A DNA stretch of 64,000 nucleotides, from positions 10,739 to 74,738 of the forward strand of contig CAZUDM010000004.1 of assembly GCA_964618635.1 (NCBI GenBank), given 5' to 3'. Origin of the DNA: an uncultured Spirochaetia bacterium (GTDB lineage: Bacteria > Desulfobacterota_D > UBA1144 > Nemesobacterales > UBA2774). Of this stretch, positions 50,642 through 59,204 are shown in pieces. The position numbers were made by a program, and so were the translations under genes. The notes under the pieces are model-generated. The model was not told the origin of the DNA, ran no database searches, and was given only the letters and a program-made list of their open reading frames with translations. Positions within the stretch are counted from its first letter, which is position 1. The number at the start of each line of letters is the position of its first letter.

Positions 50642-51457
50642 ATGTCCGATTTTAAGGTCAAGTTCGCGCCGGTAGGAGAGAAAGAAGTTACAAAAGCCAT
50701 AGTAGAGGGCTTTGCCAACGAATTTAACGAATATATAACCAGCGACGTTATAGTCGTAGGGGCGGGGCCGAGCGGTCTCGTGGCTGCAAAGGACATAGCC
50801 AAGCAGAAATACAAGGTTCTCCTCGTGGAGAGGATGAACTATCTCGGGGGCGGTTTCTGGATAGGCGGTTATCTCATGAATAAAGTCACCGTGAGGGAGC
50901 CGGGGAACGAGGTGCTCGACGAGATAGAGGTTCCTTACGAAGAGGTGGACAAAGGCCTTTACGTCGCCGACGGACCCTACGCGTGCTCGAAGCTCATCGC
51001 GATGACCTGCGAGGCGGGGGCGAGGATAAGGAACATGACTATGTTCGACGACCTCGTGTACAGGGAGAACGGCAGGGTGGCAGGGATAGTCATAAACTGG
51101 ACCCCTATCGCGAACATGCCGAAGGAGATCACCTGCCTCGATCCTATAGCTATAGAGTCGAAGCTCGTAATCGACGCCACGGGACACGATGCTTATTGCG
51201 TATCCAGGCTCTCGCAGCAGGGGCTTTACAAGAAGCTCCCGGGCCACGGCTCGATGTGGGTCGAGAAATCCGAGGAGGCGCTCGTCGAGTACACGGGCGA
51301 GGTTCATCCGGGGCTCATAGCTTGCGGCATGTCCGTAAACAGCGTATACGGGCTTCCGAGGATGGGACCGACCTTCGGCGGAATGCTCCTTTCCGGCAAA
51401 AAGGCAGCCAAGGTTGCAATAGACATTCTCGAAAAGCAGGAGCAGGCAAGGGCCTGA
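50642..51457 (+). CDS. thi4: Thi4-family thiazole synthase (sulfide-dependent, archaeal/eukaryal-type)
   Basis: VIVVGAGPSGLVAA dinucleotide motif and Thi4 core (GMSVNSVYGLPRMGPTFGGMLLSGKKAA). Strong RBS AGGGAGGGAGA. Confidence 0.85.
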   Translation: MSDFKVKFAPVGEKEVTKAIVEGFANEFNEYITSDVIVVGAGPSGLVAAKDIAKQKYKVLLVERMNYLGGGFWIGGYLMNKVTVREPGNEVLDEIEVPYEEVDKGLYVADGPYACSKLIAMTCEAGARIRNMTMFDDLVYRENGRVAGIVINWTPIANMPKEITCLDPIAIESKLVIDATGHDAYCVSRLSQQGLYKKLPGHGSMWVEKSEEALVEYTGEVHPGLIACGMSVNSVYGLPRMGPTFGGMLLSGKKAAKVAIDILEKQEQARA

Positions 51458-51528
51458 TTTAAGCTGAAATCAATTAACGGGGGAAGGCCGCCGGCCCTCC
51501 CCCTTCCTTTTTTCTTCCGTTTTATTCC

Positions 51529-52317
51529 CTATCGATTTTCAAGAATTTCTAGGCACCGCGCGCAGGGCTTTCCTTCACACTGTACCCTGAGGACGTCTTC
51601 CTGCCAGTGAGAGTTGAAGAGGCAGCACTCGGGGTTCTCACAGAACGCCACGCCGGAGAGCTCGTAAAAGAGGGCCTGAAGGGCGTAGGATGATATTGCG
51701 GAGGTCGTCTTCGGGTCGTCGTATTCGATGAACCTTCCCCTGTACATTTCGTCGAGCTCCCGTGTGTCCCTTCCGCTCTGTATCAGCCCGCCCTTTATGA
51801 AGTAGTATTCGCGCGGGCGCGCGGGGGCTTCAACGAGACCGGAAGTGGAGATTATCGCCGGGCTCCCGAGAAGGACGACCCGGGCGTGGTTGCGCCGGCC
51901 TTCGAATGTCGCGACGAGACGGCCGGTGAATACGATATGAAGGAAATTGTTCCCGAATTCTTCGGGCAGCGAATCGTAGATGAGCTTTCTGAGGACCCTC
52001 TGGACCCAGAGGCCATCGTAGAGGGAGAGGACACCCCTCCCCTTTTCTTCCCCTGTAAGGACTCTCATCTCCGAAGCGACATCCGACTGACCTGCGGGAC
52101 GGATTTCGTCGAGGGGCGATTCGATGTCGGAGACACGGGCCGAAGCGAGCCGGAGGGCGGCTTCGTTGAGGGCTTCGCCGTTTACACCCAGGTATTCGAA
52201 GAGGTTCCCGCGGTTTTCCGTGCGGACGCCGTACCCGGTGAGCGAGGCGGCTACCGCTTTTACGTCGAGCGATTCCGACGGGTGATCGGTATAAAGGCAG
52301 ACTGTCGGCCGGGGCAT
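51529..52317 (-). CDS. Hypothetical protein with C-terminal Cys cluster (degenerate archaemetzincin-like?)
   Basis: C-terminus ...FYELSGVAFCENPECCLFNSHW...CEGKPCARC. It resembles the Amz HEXXHXXGXXHCXXXXCXM...CXXC region but lacks the catalytic His residues. Confidence 0.4.
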   Translation of the reverse strand: MPRPTVCLYTDHPSESLDVKAVAASLTGYGVRTENRGNLFEYLGVNGEALNEAALRLASARVSDIESPLDEIRPAGQSDVASEMRVLTGEEKGRGVLSLYDGLWVQRVLRKLIYDSLPEEFGNNFLHIVFTGRLVATFEGRRNHARVVLLGSPAIISTSGLVEAPARPREYYFIKGGLIQSGRDTRELDEMYRGRFIEYDDPKTTSAISSYALQALFYELSGVAFCENPECCLFNSHWQEDVLRVQCEGKPCARCLEILENR

Positions 52318-52359
52318 GGGAAGAATTAGTTTACCGGAACTTATCCCCGCGCCCCACGG

Positions 52360-52818
52360 TCATAATATCTCGGCCACGATCTCCACCTCGACCGGGGCGT
52401 TTAACGGCAGCTCGGCGACTCCTACCGCCGCGCGCGCGTGGCGGCCCTCCTCGCCGAATACGTCGAAAAATAGATTGGACGCGCCGTTGAGCACGCCCGC
52501 CTGGCCCGTAAAGCCGGGGGCGGACGCGACGTAGCCAGTAACCTTCACTATTTTCTTAACGTTGTCGAGGGTGCCGAGCTCCTTTTTCACCGCAGCGAGG
52601 ACGTTTATGGCCGACTGCCTCGCCGCCAGCGCGGCGTCTTCAGGGGAGACGTCGGCCCCGACCTTGCCTTCGAAGACGAGCTTTCCGCCGGAGAGCGGGA
52701 GCTGGCCGGATACGAAGAGGAGGCTGCCCGTGACGCACGCGGGCTTGTATGAGCCCAGGGGCGCCGTAACGTCAGGTATCTCTATGCCGAGCTCGGCTAG
52801 CCTCTCAGCCCTTGTCAT
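52360..52818 (-). CDS. ridA: RidA/YjgF family reactive-intermediate deaminase
   Basis: 152 aa YjgF fold (GSLLFVSGQ..., VEIVAEI). Confidence 0.8.
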   Translation of the reverse strand: MTRAERLAELGIEIPDVTAPLGSYKPACVTGSLLFVSGQLPLSGGKLVFEGKVGADVSPEDAALAARQSAINVLAAVKKELGTLDNVKKIVKVTGYVASAPGFTGQAGVLNGASNLFFDVFGEEGRHARAAVGVAELPLNAPVEVEIVAEIL

Positions 52819-54259
52819 TCTTCCCCTCCGGCTTTAAGGCGACGTAAATGGTGTTCGAGCCCCGCTGAACGAGGAAGAGTATATTCTGACCGGGCTTGGC
52901 GGAATCCATGGACTTGCCGTAACCGTCGAGGTTGGAGATTTTCTTCTTGTTTATTTCGAGGATCACGTCGCCGGGCGCAAGTCCGGAATTGGCCGCGACG
53001 CTTCCGGGCTGGACATTGGTAATCACGACGCCCTCGGACCTCCCCGTGCCGAACGTGCTCTGGACTTCGGGGGTTATCTCCTGGACGACGAGCCCGAGGT
53101 CCTCCTCTACCGCCTTGCCCCTTACCCTTCTCGACTCCTGGGCGACCTCTTCAGGGAGCTGGCCGAGCTCTATGTTGAGGGTCTTCACCTGGCCGTTCCT
53201 GATTACCTTCATTTCCGACTTCGTTCCGGGGCGGTTCGCCGCGACGGATTTCGGGAGCTCGGGCATGTTTTGTATGCTGCTGCCGTTAAACTCCACTATG
53301 ACGTCCCCTCTCTGAAGCCCGGCCTTGTCCGCCGGGCCGTCAGGGGCGACGTCCGCGACGAGCGCGCCTTTGGGCTCCTTTAAATTTATGCTTTCGGCTA
53401 TCTCGGGGGTGACCTCCTGAACGTAGACCCCAATCCAGCCCCTGACAACCTTGCCGCTGCTGCGAAGCTGTGCGATGACGTCTTTGGCCATGTTGACCGG
53501 TATGGCAAAGCCTATGCCCTGGCCCCCCGCTATGATCGCGGTGTTTACGCCGATGACCTCGCCCTGGAAATTAAAGAGAGGGCCTCCGCTGTTGCCCGGG
53601 TTGATCGCGGCGTCCGTCTGTATGAAGTCGTCGTAGGAGCCGAGGCCGAGGGACCTGCCCTTTGCGCTGATTATTCCGGCCGTGACCGTATGCCCGAGCC
53701 CGAAGGGGTTACCTATCGCGAGCACCCAGTCGCCTATTTCGAGATTGCCGGAATTGCCGAACTTGACGGCAGGAAGCTTCTCCTTGGGTTCTATCTTCAG
53801 GAGGGCCAGGTCCGTTTTAGGGTCGGTGCCTATGACTTCCGCGCTGTAGATGTCGCCGTTCTGGAGAATCACTTTTATGTCGGTGGCCTTTTCGACGACG
53901 TGGTTGTTCGTGATTATGTATCCGTCCTCGCTGAATATGAATCCAGAGCCGAGGCCCCTACCCCTGAATTCCCTTTCGGGTTGTTCTCCGAAAAATTTAT
54001 CGAAAAATTCGTTGAAGGGATCGTTCTCGCGGCCCTTGAACGGGGATTCGTAGGAAAAGGTTCTTCCCCTGGAGACGTTCGTGGTGCTAATGTTGACTAC
54101 GGAAGGACTCAGCTTTTTGACGAGCGGGGAGAGCGAATTGAACCCCATCTCCTGCGCGCCGGCTTGCATAGCCTGGCCCATAAAGATTAAAGAGAAGACG
54201 AGGGATAAAACGAATATTCTTGCCAGCCTGGACATGGCCTGGATACCTCCGGTTTTCAT
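52805..54259 (-). CDS. degP: Periplasmic serine endoprotease DegP/DegQ (trypsin domain + 2 PDZ)
   Basis: HVV, DLALLK and GNSGGPL catalytic-triad contexts and two PDZ domains. Signal peptide. Start possibly at the internal MSRLARIF. Confidence 0.9.
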   Translation of the reverse strand: MKTGGIQAMSRLARIFVLSLVFSLIFMGQAMQAGAQEMGFNSLSPLVKKLSPSVVNISTTNVSRGRTFSYESPFKGRENDPFNEFFDKFFGEQPEREFRGRGLGSGFIFSEDGYIITNNHVVEKATDIKVILQNGDIYSAEVIGTDPKTDLALLKIEPKEKLPAVKFGNSGNLEIGDWVLAIGNPFGLGHTVTAGIISAKGRSLGLGSYDDFIQTDAAINPGNSGGPLFNFQGEVIGVNTAIIAGGQGIGFAIPVNMAKDVIAQLRSSGKVVRGWIGVYVQEVTPEIAESINLKEPKGALVADVAPDGPADKAGLQRGDVIVEFNGSSIQNMPELPKSVAANRPGTKSEMKVIRNGQVKTLNIELGQLPEEVAQESRRVRGKAVEEDLGLVVQEITPEVQSTFGTGRSEGVVITNVQPGSVAANSGLAPGDVILEINKKKISNLDGYGKSMDSAKPGQNILFLVQRGSNTIYVALKPEGKNDKG

Positions 54260-54465
54260 ATTCGATTGTTAAAAATAGCCGGGAGCACACCGCGCCGTCC
54301 GTGATAATCGCTTGAAGACGCGCCTTCGTGCCCGATCCGCGTATGGATTAAAAGTATACTCATTGGACCCTGAATGCCATTAGAAATTATAACTGACGAA
54401 TTACTTTTCCGCGTTTCAGAACAATGTCGGCAGTGGAGAAGAAGGGGAGAAAATCCGGCGCCTTG

Positions 54466-55602
54466 CTATATGGGTTCCTTGAGGAGATCGTCCCAGTATT
54501 TGAGATGGAGGCGGCTCGAGTAAAAACGCATTACTAAATTTCTCAGGACCGATAAGACGCGGCTGTCGGCGAAGGCAACCTTGCCCATCATACGCGACTG
54601 GTCCTGCACCTTGTTGACGCGGGGGCGACGCCTGGAAACGTAGCCTTCGAGCGCCTGCGAGATATATTTGGAATCCGCCCTCGTGAGCTCGTCCGCCAGG
54701 ACCGCGGCCGACTCTATGGCCATCGCCACCCCGCCCCCGGCGGTCGGAAGCACGGCGTGGGCGGAATCGCCGACGAGGACGACGCGCCCCTTGTACCATT
54801 CGTCCATGCGGAGGTCGCAGTACTCGTCGTGGAATATTTCCGTCGGGTCTTCGAGCCCGGCGAGTATTTCGGGAACGACGCCGCCGAAGTCGCTGAAATG
54901 CTTCCTTATGCGCTCCAGGCGGCTTTCGACAGGGTCGGGCGTGCCCTTGGGACTTCTTATGCTCGTGAACACGGACAGCCTGTTTCTCGTCGGCCAGATA
55001 CCGAGGAATTTTCCGGTGCCCCAGTACTCGGCTATGTGAGCCGATTTCGCGATCCCGGACTTGAGCCAGAAGCTCCAGCCTGTCATCCCGCTGTAGGAAA
55101 GGGGGACGTCGCCGAATACGAGGCTCCTCGTTCTGGAGCGGACGCCGTCGCACCCTACGACGAGGTCGAAGGATTCCTGTGTCCCGTCGCTGAACGTGAC
55201 TATGGCTTCGTCCGGCGTTTGATGAATCTTCTCGACGCTGAGGCCCATCGTGATGTTTTCGGGATTTATGTTTTTCCTGAGAATGTTTATAAGCTCGGAC
55301 CTGTATATGCTTATCATGGGCCCGTATTTTTCGGATACTTCGTCGACGGAGTAGGACTTCAGCATCTCGCCCTTTTCGTCCCAGACGTTGTAGGTTGAAA
55401 AGGGAAGGCCCGTTTCGACAAGGTCTCTGTAAAGGCCGAGCCCTTTGAGGACGCGGCTCCCGGACGGCCAGAGGACTATGATGTAGCCGACCTTGCCGTA
55501 TTCCGGTATCCGCTCGACGATGCGCGGCTTAAACCCCCTCTGCTGGAGGAGCCCGGCGAGTGTGAGCCCCGCTATGCCGCCGCCTATTATGAGGATGCGC
55601 AT
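54466..55602 (-). CDS. FAD-dependent aromatic-ring monooxygenase (UbiH/salicylate hydroxylase-like)
   Basis: MRILIIGGGIAGLTLAGLL dinucleotide motif, DG motif, and GDSAH C-terminal FAD motif. The track ORF extends to 55686. Confidence 0.75.
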   Translation of the reverse strand: MRILIIGGGIAGLTLAGLLQQRGFKPRIVERIPEYGKVGYIIVLWPSGSRVLKGLGLYRDLVETGLPFSTYNVWDEKGEMLKSYSVDEVSEKYGPMISIYRSELINILRKNINPENITMGLSVEKIHQTPDEAIVTFSDGTQESFDLVVGCDGVRSRTRSLVFGDVPLSYSGMTGWSFWLKSGIAKSAHIAEYWGTGKFLGIWPTRNRLSVFTSIRSPKGTPDPVESRLERIRKHFSDFGGVVPEILAGLEDPTEIFHDEYCDLRMDEWYKGRVVLVGDSAHAVLPTAGGGVAMAIESAAVLADELTRADSKYISQALEGYVSRRRPRVNKVQDQSRMMGKVAFADSRVLSVLRNLVMRFYSSRLHLKYWDDLLKEPI

Positions 55603-55765
55603 TTCCGGCCCGAACCTTACGGGCAGAGCATAGCTCTCTATTTCGGCGCTTCGTTTGTCGAGCTTCTTTCTCTTTAAAATAGACATTTTCAGTTTATTAC
55701 CGAGAGATTAATAATTATTTTACATGGGTTAAGTATATACTGCAAAACCTTTCTTCCGGGTAATT

Positions 55766-56191
55766 TTAATACTGCGGCACCTCATTGGGTGCAGACGCGC
55801 ATATCTCCAGCTCAAGGCCGTCCGGGTCGAGAAAGTGATATGCCGTCGGCTTCCCGTCAGGGCCGGTTTTCTCTTCGATGAAGGCGATTCCGGCATCTTT
55901 TAACCTTTGGGCTACGGCCGGAACGTAGTCCACCCTGAACGCGATGTGGTTGACGGGCCCTCCGTCGGAGCGGTTTTTATCTTCCGTCACCGCGAGGAAT
56001 ACGCTGCCTTTGCTTCCGAGAAAGGTTTTCTTTTCGCCGCCTTCGGGGCGGCCGTCCCGTATAATTTCGAGACCGAGAACGCCGGAATAAAATCCGAGGG
56101 CCCTGTCCATGTCGGTAACTATTATGGCCACGTGGTCTATGCCGCCAACGTTGCCCTTTTCACCACCAAGTATGTTTCGGAGCCACTTCAT
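55766..56191 (-). CDS. VOC/glyoxalase family protein
   Basis: IDHVAIIVTDMDRALGFY...HIAFRV...GLELE paired beta-alpha-beta-beta-beta motifs. Confidence 0.75.
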   Translation of the reverse strand: MKWLRNILGGEKGNVGGIDHVAIIVTDMDRALGFYSGVLGLEIIRDGRPEGGEKKTFLGSKGSVFLAVTEDKNRSDGGPVNHIAFRVDYVPAVAQRLKDAGIAFIEEKTGPDGKPTAYHFLDPDGLELEICASAPNEVPQY

Positions 56192-56210
56192 CTCCCCTCC
56201 TCCCCGCGCG

Positions 56211-57425
56211 TCAGCCGAGCCTGAGCTTTTTTATCAATATCCAGCCCACGACGGCGACGGCTATTACGATTGTCACGGCCATCAGGAGGTAGCTCTTCGA
56301 GAGCGAGTGAAAGAAGCTGGGCTTTACCTGAACGACCTTTTCGAAAACCGGGTATTCCGTCAGCACTTCCGTGAAGTGCTCGTCTTCCACTGCCACCTCG
56401 ACGGTAAGGAGAAGGGTCTGAAATCCGCTCTTTTCGGGTTTTACGCTCCATTCCCAGCTTGCGGTGCTGTCTTCCTCTATGACCTTCGTGTCTTCGGAGT
56501 CGTCGATGGGGAATTCCTGCTCCGCCCCTGTCGCGGAATCCGCTACGGGAGAGATGTCGAAGCCGTTTCCTTTGAGGTGGAGCGTGATGTTGTCGCCGAG
56601 CCTGAGGTTCCCGTTCTCGCCGCCCGCTGCGCCGAGGCTCCGGGAGAGGTCTTTCAGGAATTTATGGGTGACGGCCGCCTCTATGGGATAGGACTCCCCG
56701 ACGCTCATTTCTCTCGGGGTGTCGAACACTATCCTGCCGGCCGCCAGACGCCGCATGTTTGTCCCTATAATCTCGGAGACCGCCGGGCTGATGACGCCGG
56801 GCTCGGATACGGTTTCAGAAAGGGTCTCGGGGGCGGGAGAAGGTTCGGAGACGGGCTCCGTTTCTTCTACAGTTATTGCGTCTATTATCTCTTCGCTCGG
56901 GGCGGATTCCGGCCCGGGCTCGGGCGGGGGAGCCGGTGCCGCGGCGGCGGGGGCAGGCGCGGGAGCGGACTGAGGCGCGGAGCCGGATTCGAGCTTTATA
57001 GTAACCCTCCTGTTAAGCCTGAGAGAGCTTTCGTCGTCGCCCGACGCGAACCTGTCCGTTTTTCCCTTGCCGCTTACCGTTATTCGTCCCGGCTCCACGC
57101 CCTGCGATACGTAGAATTGCCTCACGGCCTCGGCCCGCCGCCGGGAGAGGTTGAGGTTGTACTCGTCGTCGCCTGTAACGTCGGAGTAGCCTTCGATTAC
57201 GAGAACCGTTCCCGGATTATTCTTCAGGTTCGCGGCTATCTCTTTCAAGGCGTTTTCTTCGCCGGGGCCGAAGGCGAATTCGTTAAGCCTGAAGAAGACG
57301 TCGGCCTTGCCCGGGGCGGTCTGCGCGAACGCCCGGGGCGAGGCGGGGTGTAAACCGGGGACGAAGAAATACGAGAGCGCCAGAAAAAGCGCGAGTATAA
57401 GCGGCGCGGATACGTGTTTACACAT
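56211..57425 (-). CDS. OmpA-domain protein with unusual reversed topology (signal peptide, OmpA-like domain, Pro/Ala linker, unknown domain, C-terminal TM anchor)
   Basis: OmpA_C motifs (GYSDVTGDDEYNLNLSRRRAEAV...RVTIKL), PAPAPAAAAPAPPPEPGPE linker, C-terminal LLMAVTIVIAVAVVGWILI. Confidence 0.7.
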   Translation of the reverse strand: MCKHVSAPLILALFLALSYFFVPGLHPASPRAFAQTAPGKADVFFRLNEFAFGPGEENALKEIAANLKNNPGTVLVIEGYSDVTGDDEYNLNLSRRRAEAVRQFYVSQGVEPGRITVSGKGKTDRFASGDDESSLRLNRRVTIKLESGSAPQSAPAPAPAAAAPAPPPEPGPESAPSEEIIDAITVEETEPVSEPSPAPETLSETVSEPGVISPAVSEIIGTNMRRLAAGRIVFDTPREMSVGESYPIEAAVTHKFLKDLSRSLGAAGGENGNLRLGDNITLHLKGNGFDISPVADSATGAEQEFPIDDSEDTKVIEEDSTASWEWSVKPEKSGFQTLLLTVEVAVEDEHFTEVLTEYPVFEKVVQVKPSFFHSLSKSYLLMAVTIVIAVAVVGWILIKKLRLG

Positions 57426-57610
57426 CTTCGGCCTCGAAAAGGAACTTTTAACGCGGATGATTACCATTATCCCACCTTCGGTCTTCCCTTGTCAATAAGT
57501 GCGTGAGGCGTGAGAGTGTCTTCGCCGGGCCTTATTTCCGAGCGTGGGGCGCCGCAGGTGCTATACTAATTTTGTTCGGGAAATCACCCTTGAGCAAAGC
57601 GGACAAATGT

Positions 57611-58765
57611 ATGGAGAGAGAGTACACGCTTTCGGTATACGATTCTATTTCAGCCCTCGACAGGGAGGAGTATAATGCGCTCATCGACAGGGAGAACCCG
57701 TTCCTCGAATACGAGTTTCTGGAATCGATGGAGATTTCGGGATGCGTCGGGCCGCACACGACCTGGATACCGAGATACCTGGTTTTGAGGGACGGGGATA
57801 GGGTGGCGGGCGCGGTAGCCGCTTACATAAGACTCGACTCCTACGGCGAGTACATATTCGACTGGGAATGGGCGAGGGCGTTCGAGAACGCGCGCCTGAG
57901 ATACTATCCCAAGCTCGTCGCCGCGATTCCCTTTACCCCGGCTACGGGCACGCGTATATCGGTTCATCCCGAATACCCGTTCGAGGAGTGTGCCGGTATC
58001 CTGGCGAGGGGGCTCGTGGAGCTTTCAGTAAGAGAGAAGTGCTCATCTGTGCATGTGCTTTTTCTGACGGAAAGGGAGTGCTCGCTTTTGGAGAGGCTCG
58101 GGTTCCTTATGCGGCTTACGCATCAATACCACTGGAAAAACAGAGGCTACGGGAGCTTCGACGATTTTCTTTCGGACCTTCGCTCGGCAAGGAGAAAGCA
58201 GATAAAAAAGGAGAGGAGGTCTCTCGAAGAAGCCGGCCTCGAAATAAGGATCGTCGAGAAGGACGACATAAAGGAAGAGCATATCGATGCGATATGGGAC
58301 TTTTACATGGACACTCATTCGAGGAAATGGGGGAGCGCGTATCTCAACAGGGAGTTTTTCGATCTAATGCTTGAGAAGTACAGGCACCGACTGGTACTGG
58401 TGATGGCAAGGGGCGGCGGAAGGTGGGTAGGCGGGAGCTTCAACGTGGTCAAGAACAACAGGCTTTTCGGGCGCTACTGGGGAACTGTCGAGCCCTACAG
58501 CAACCTCCATTTCGAGTGTTGTTTCTACAGCTTGATAGATTATTCTATAAATAACGGAATCGACATTTTCGAGGCCGGTGCTCAAGGTGAGCACAAGTTC
58601 CTCCGGGGCTTCGGGGCAGTTCCCACGTATAGCTCGCACCTGATTCTGAACGAAGCCGCCGGCCGCGCAATCGGTAAGTTCCTCGACCGTGAGCGCGGAT
58701 ATACGGAAGGCCTCATCGAGCAGTACAATCAGCAGTCGCCGCTAAAATATTTACACGGGGAGTAG
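57611..58765 (+). CDS. FemAB-like/GNAT-fold protein (COG3146, peptidogalycan bridge-formation-like N-acyltransferase family)
   Basis: 384 aa. Conserved YHWKNRGY and FEAGAQGEHK motifs as recalled for the family. The track ORF begins at 57503; start taken at MEREYT. Confidence 0.6.
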   Translation: MEREYTLSVYDSISALDREEYNALIDRENPFLEYEFLESMEISGCVGPHTTWIPRYLVLRDGDRVAGAVAAYIRLDSYGEYIFDWEWARAFENARLRYYPKLVAAIPFTPATGTRISVHPEYPFEECAGILARGLVELSVREKCSSVHVLFLTERECSLLERLGFLMRLTHQYHWKNRGYGSFDDFLSDLRSARRKQIKKERRSLEEAGLEIRIVEKDDIKEEHIDAIWDFYMDTHSRKWGSAYLNREFFDLMLEKYRHRLVLVMARGGGRWVGGSFNVVKNNRLFGRYWGTVEPYSNLHFECCFYSLIDYSINNGIDIFEAGAQGEHKFLRGFGAVPTYSSHLILNEAAGRAIGKFLDRERGYTEGLIEQYNQQSPLKYLHGE

Positions 58766-58835
58766 AAAAGCGAAGACGGGATGATTAAATTTTTCAGAAG
58801 ATACGGCTCCGCGATGCGAGAAGTGGCGGGAGCAT

Positions 58836-59204
58836 TTGAAAACGCGCCGGCGAGAGACGGACGAAATGGCTGAAAGGAATATCAAACGAAGCGACCGCGA
58901 GGGGGAGCTTCTTACAGAAAGACGGGCGAAGCTCAAACGGCCCGACATGTACAGGATAGTGCTCCTAAACGACGATTATACGCCGAGGGAGTTTGTGGTG
59001 TGGGTGCTAATGAGGATTTTCTACAAGGGACAGGAGGAATCGACGAGAATAATGCTCGAAGCGCATACTTCGGGCAGAAGCACGGTGGGCGTTTATACTT
59101 ATGACGTGGCTACCACCAAGATAGCGCAGGTGGACAAGCTGGCGAAGGAGTACGAGCACCCGTTAAAATGTATATTGGAAGTGGAAGGCGGAGGCGAATA
59201 TTAA
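58836..59204 (+). CDS. clpS: ATP-dependent Clp protease adaptor ClpS
   Basis: [20 protein letters not shown] ClpS core. Its stop overlaps the clpA ATG (TAATG). Confidence 0.9.
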   Translation: MKTRRRETDEMAERNIKRSDREGELLTERRAKLKRPDMYRIVLLNDDYTPREFVVWVLMRIFYKGQEESTRIMLEAHTSGRSTVGVYTYDVATTKIAQVDKLAKEYEHPLKCILEVEGGGEY

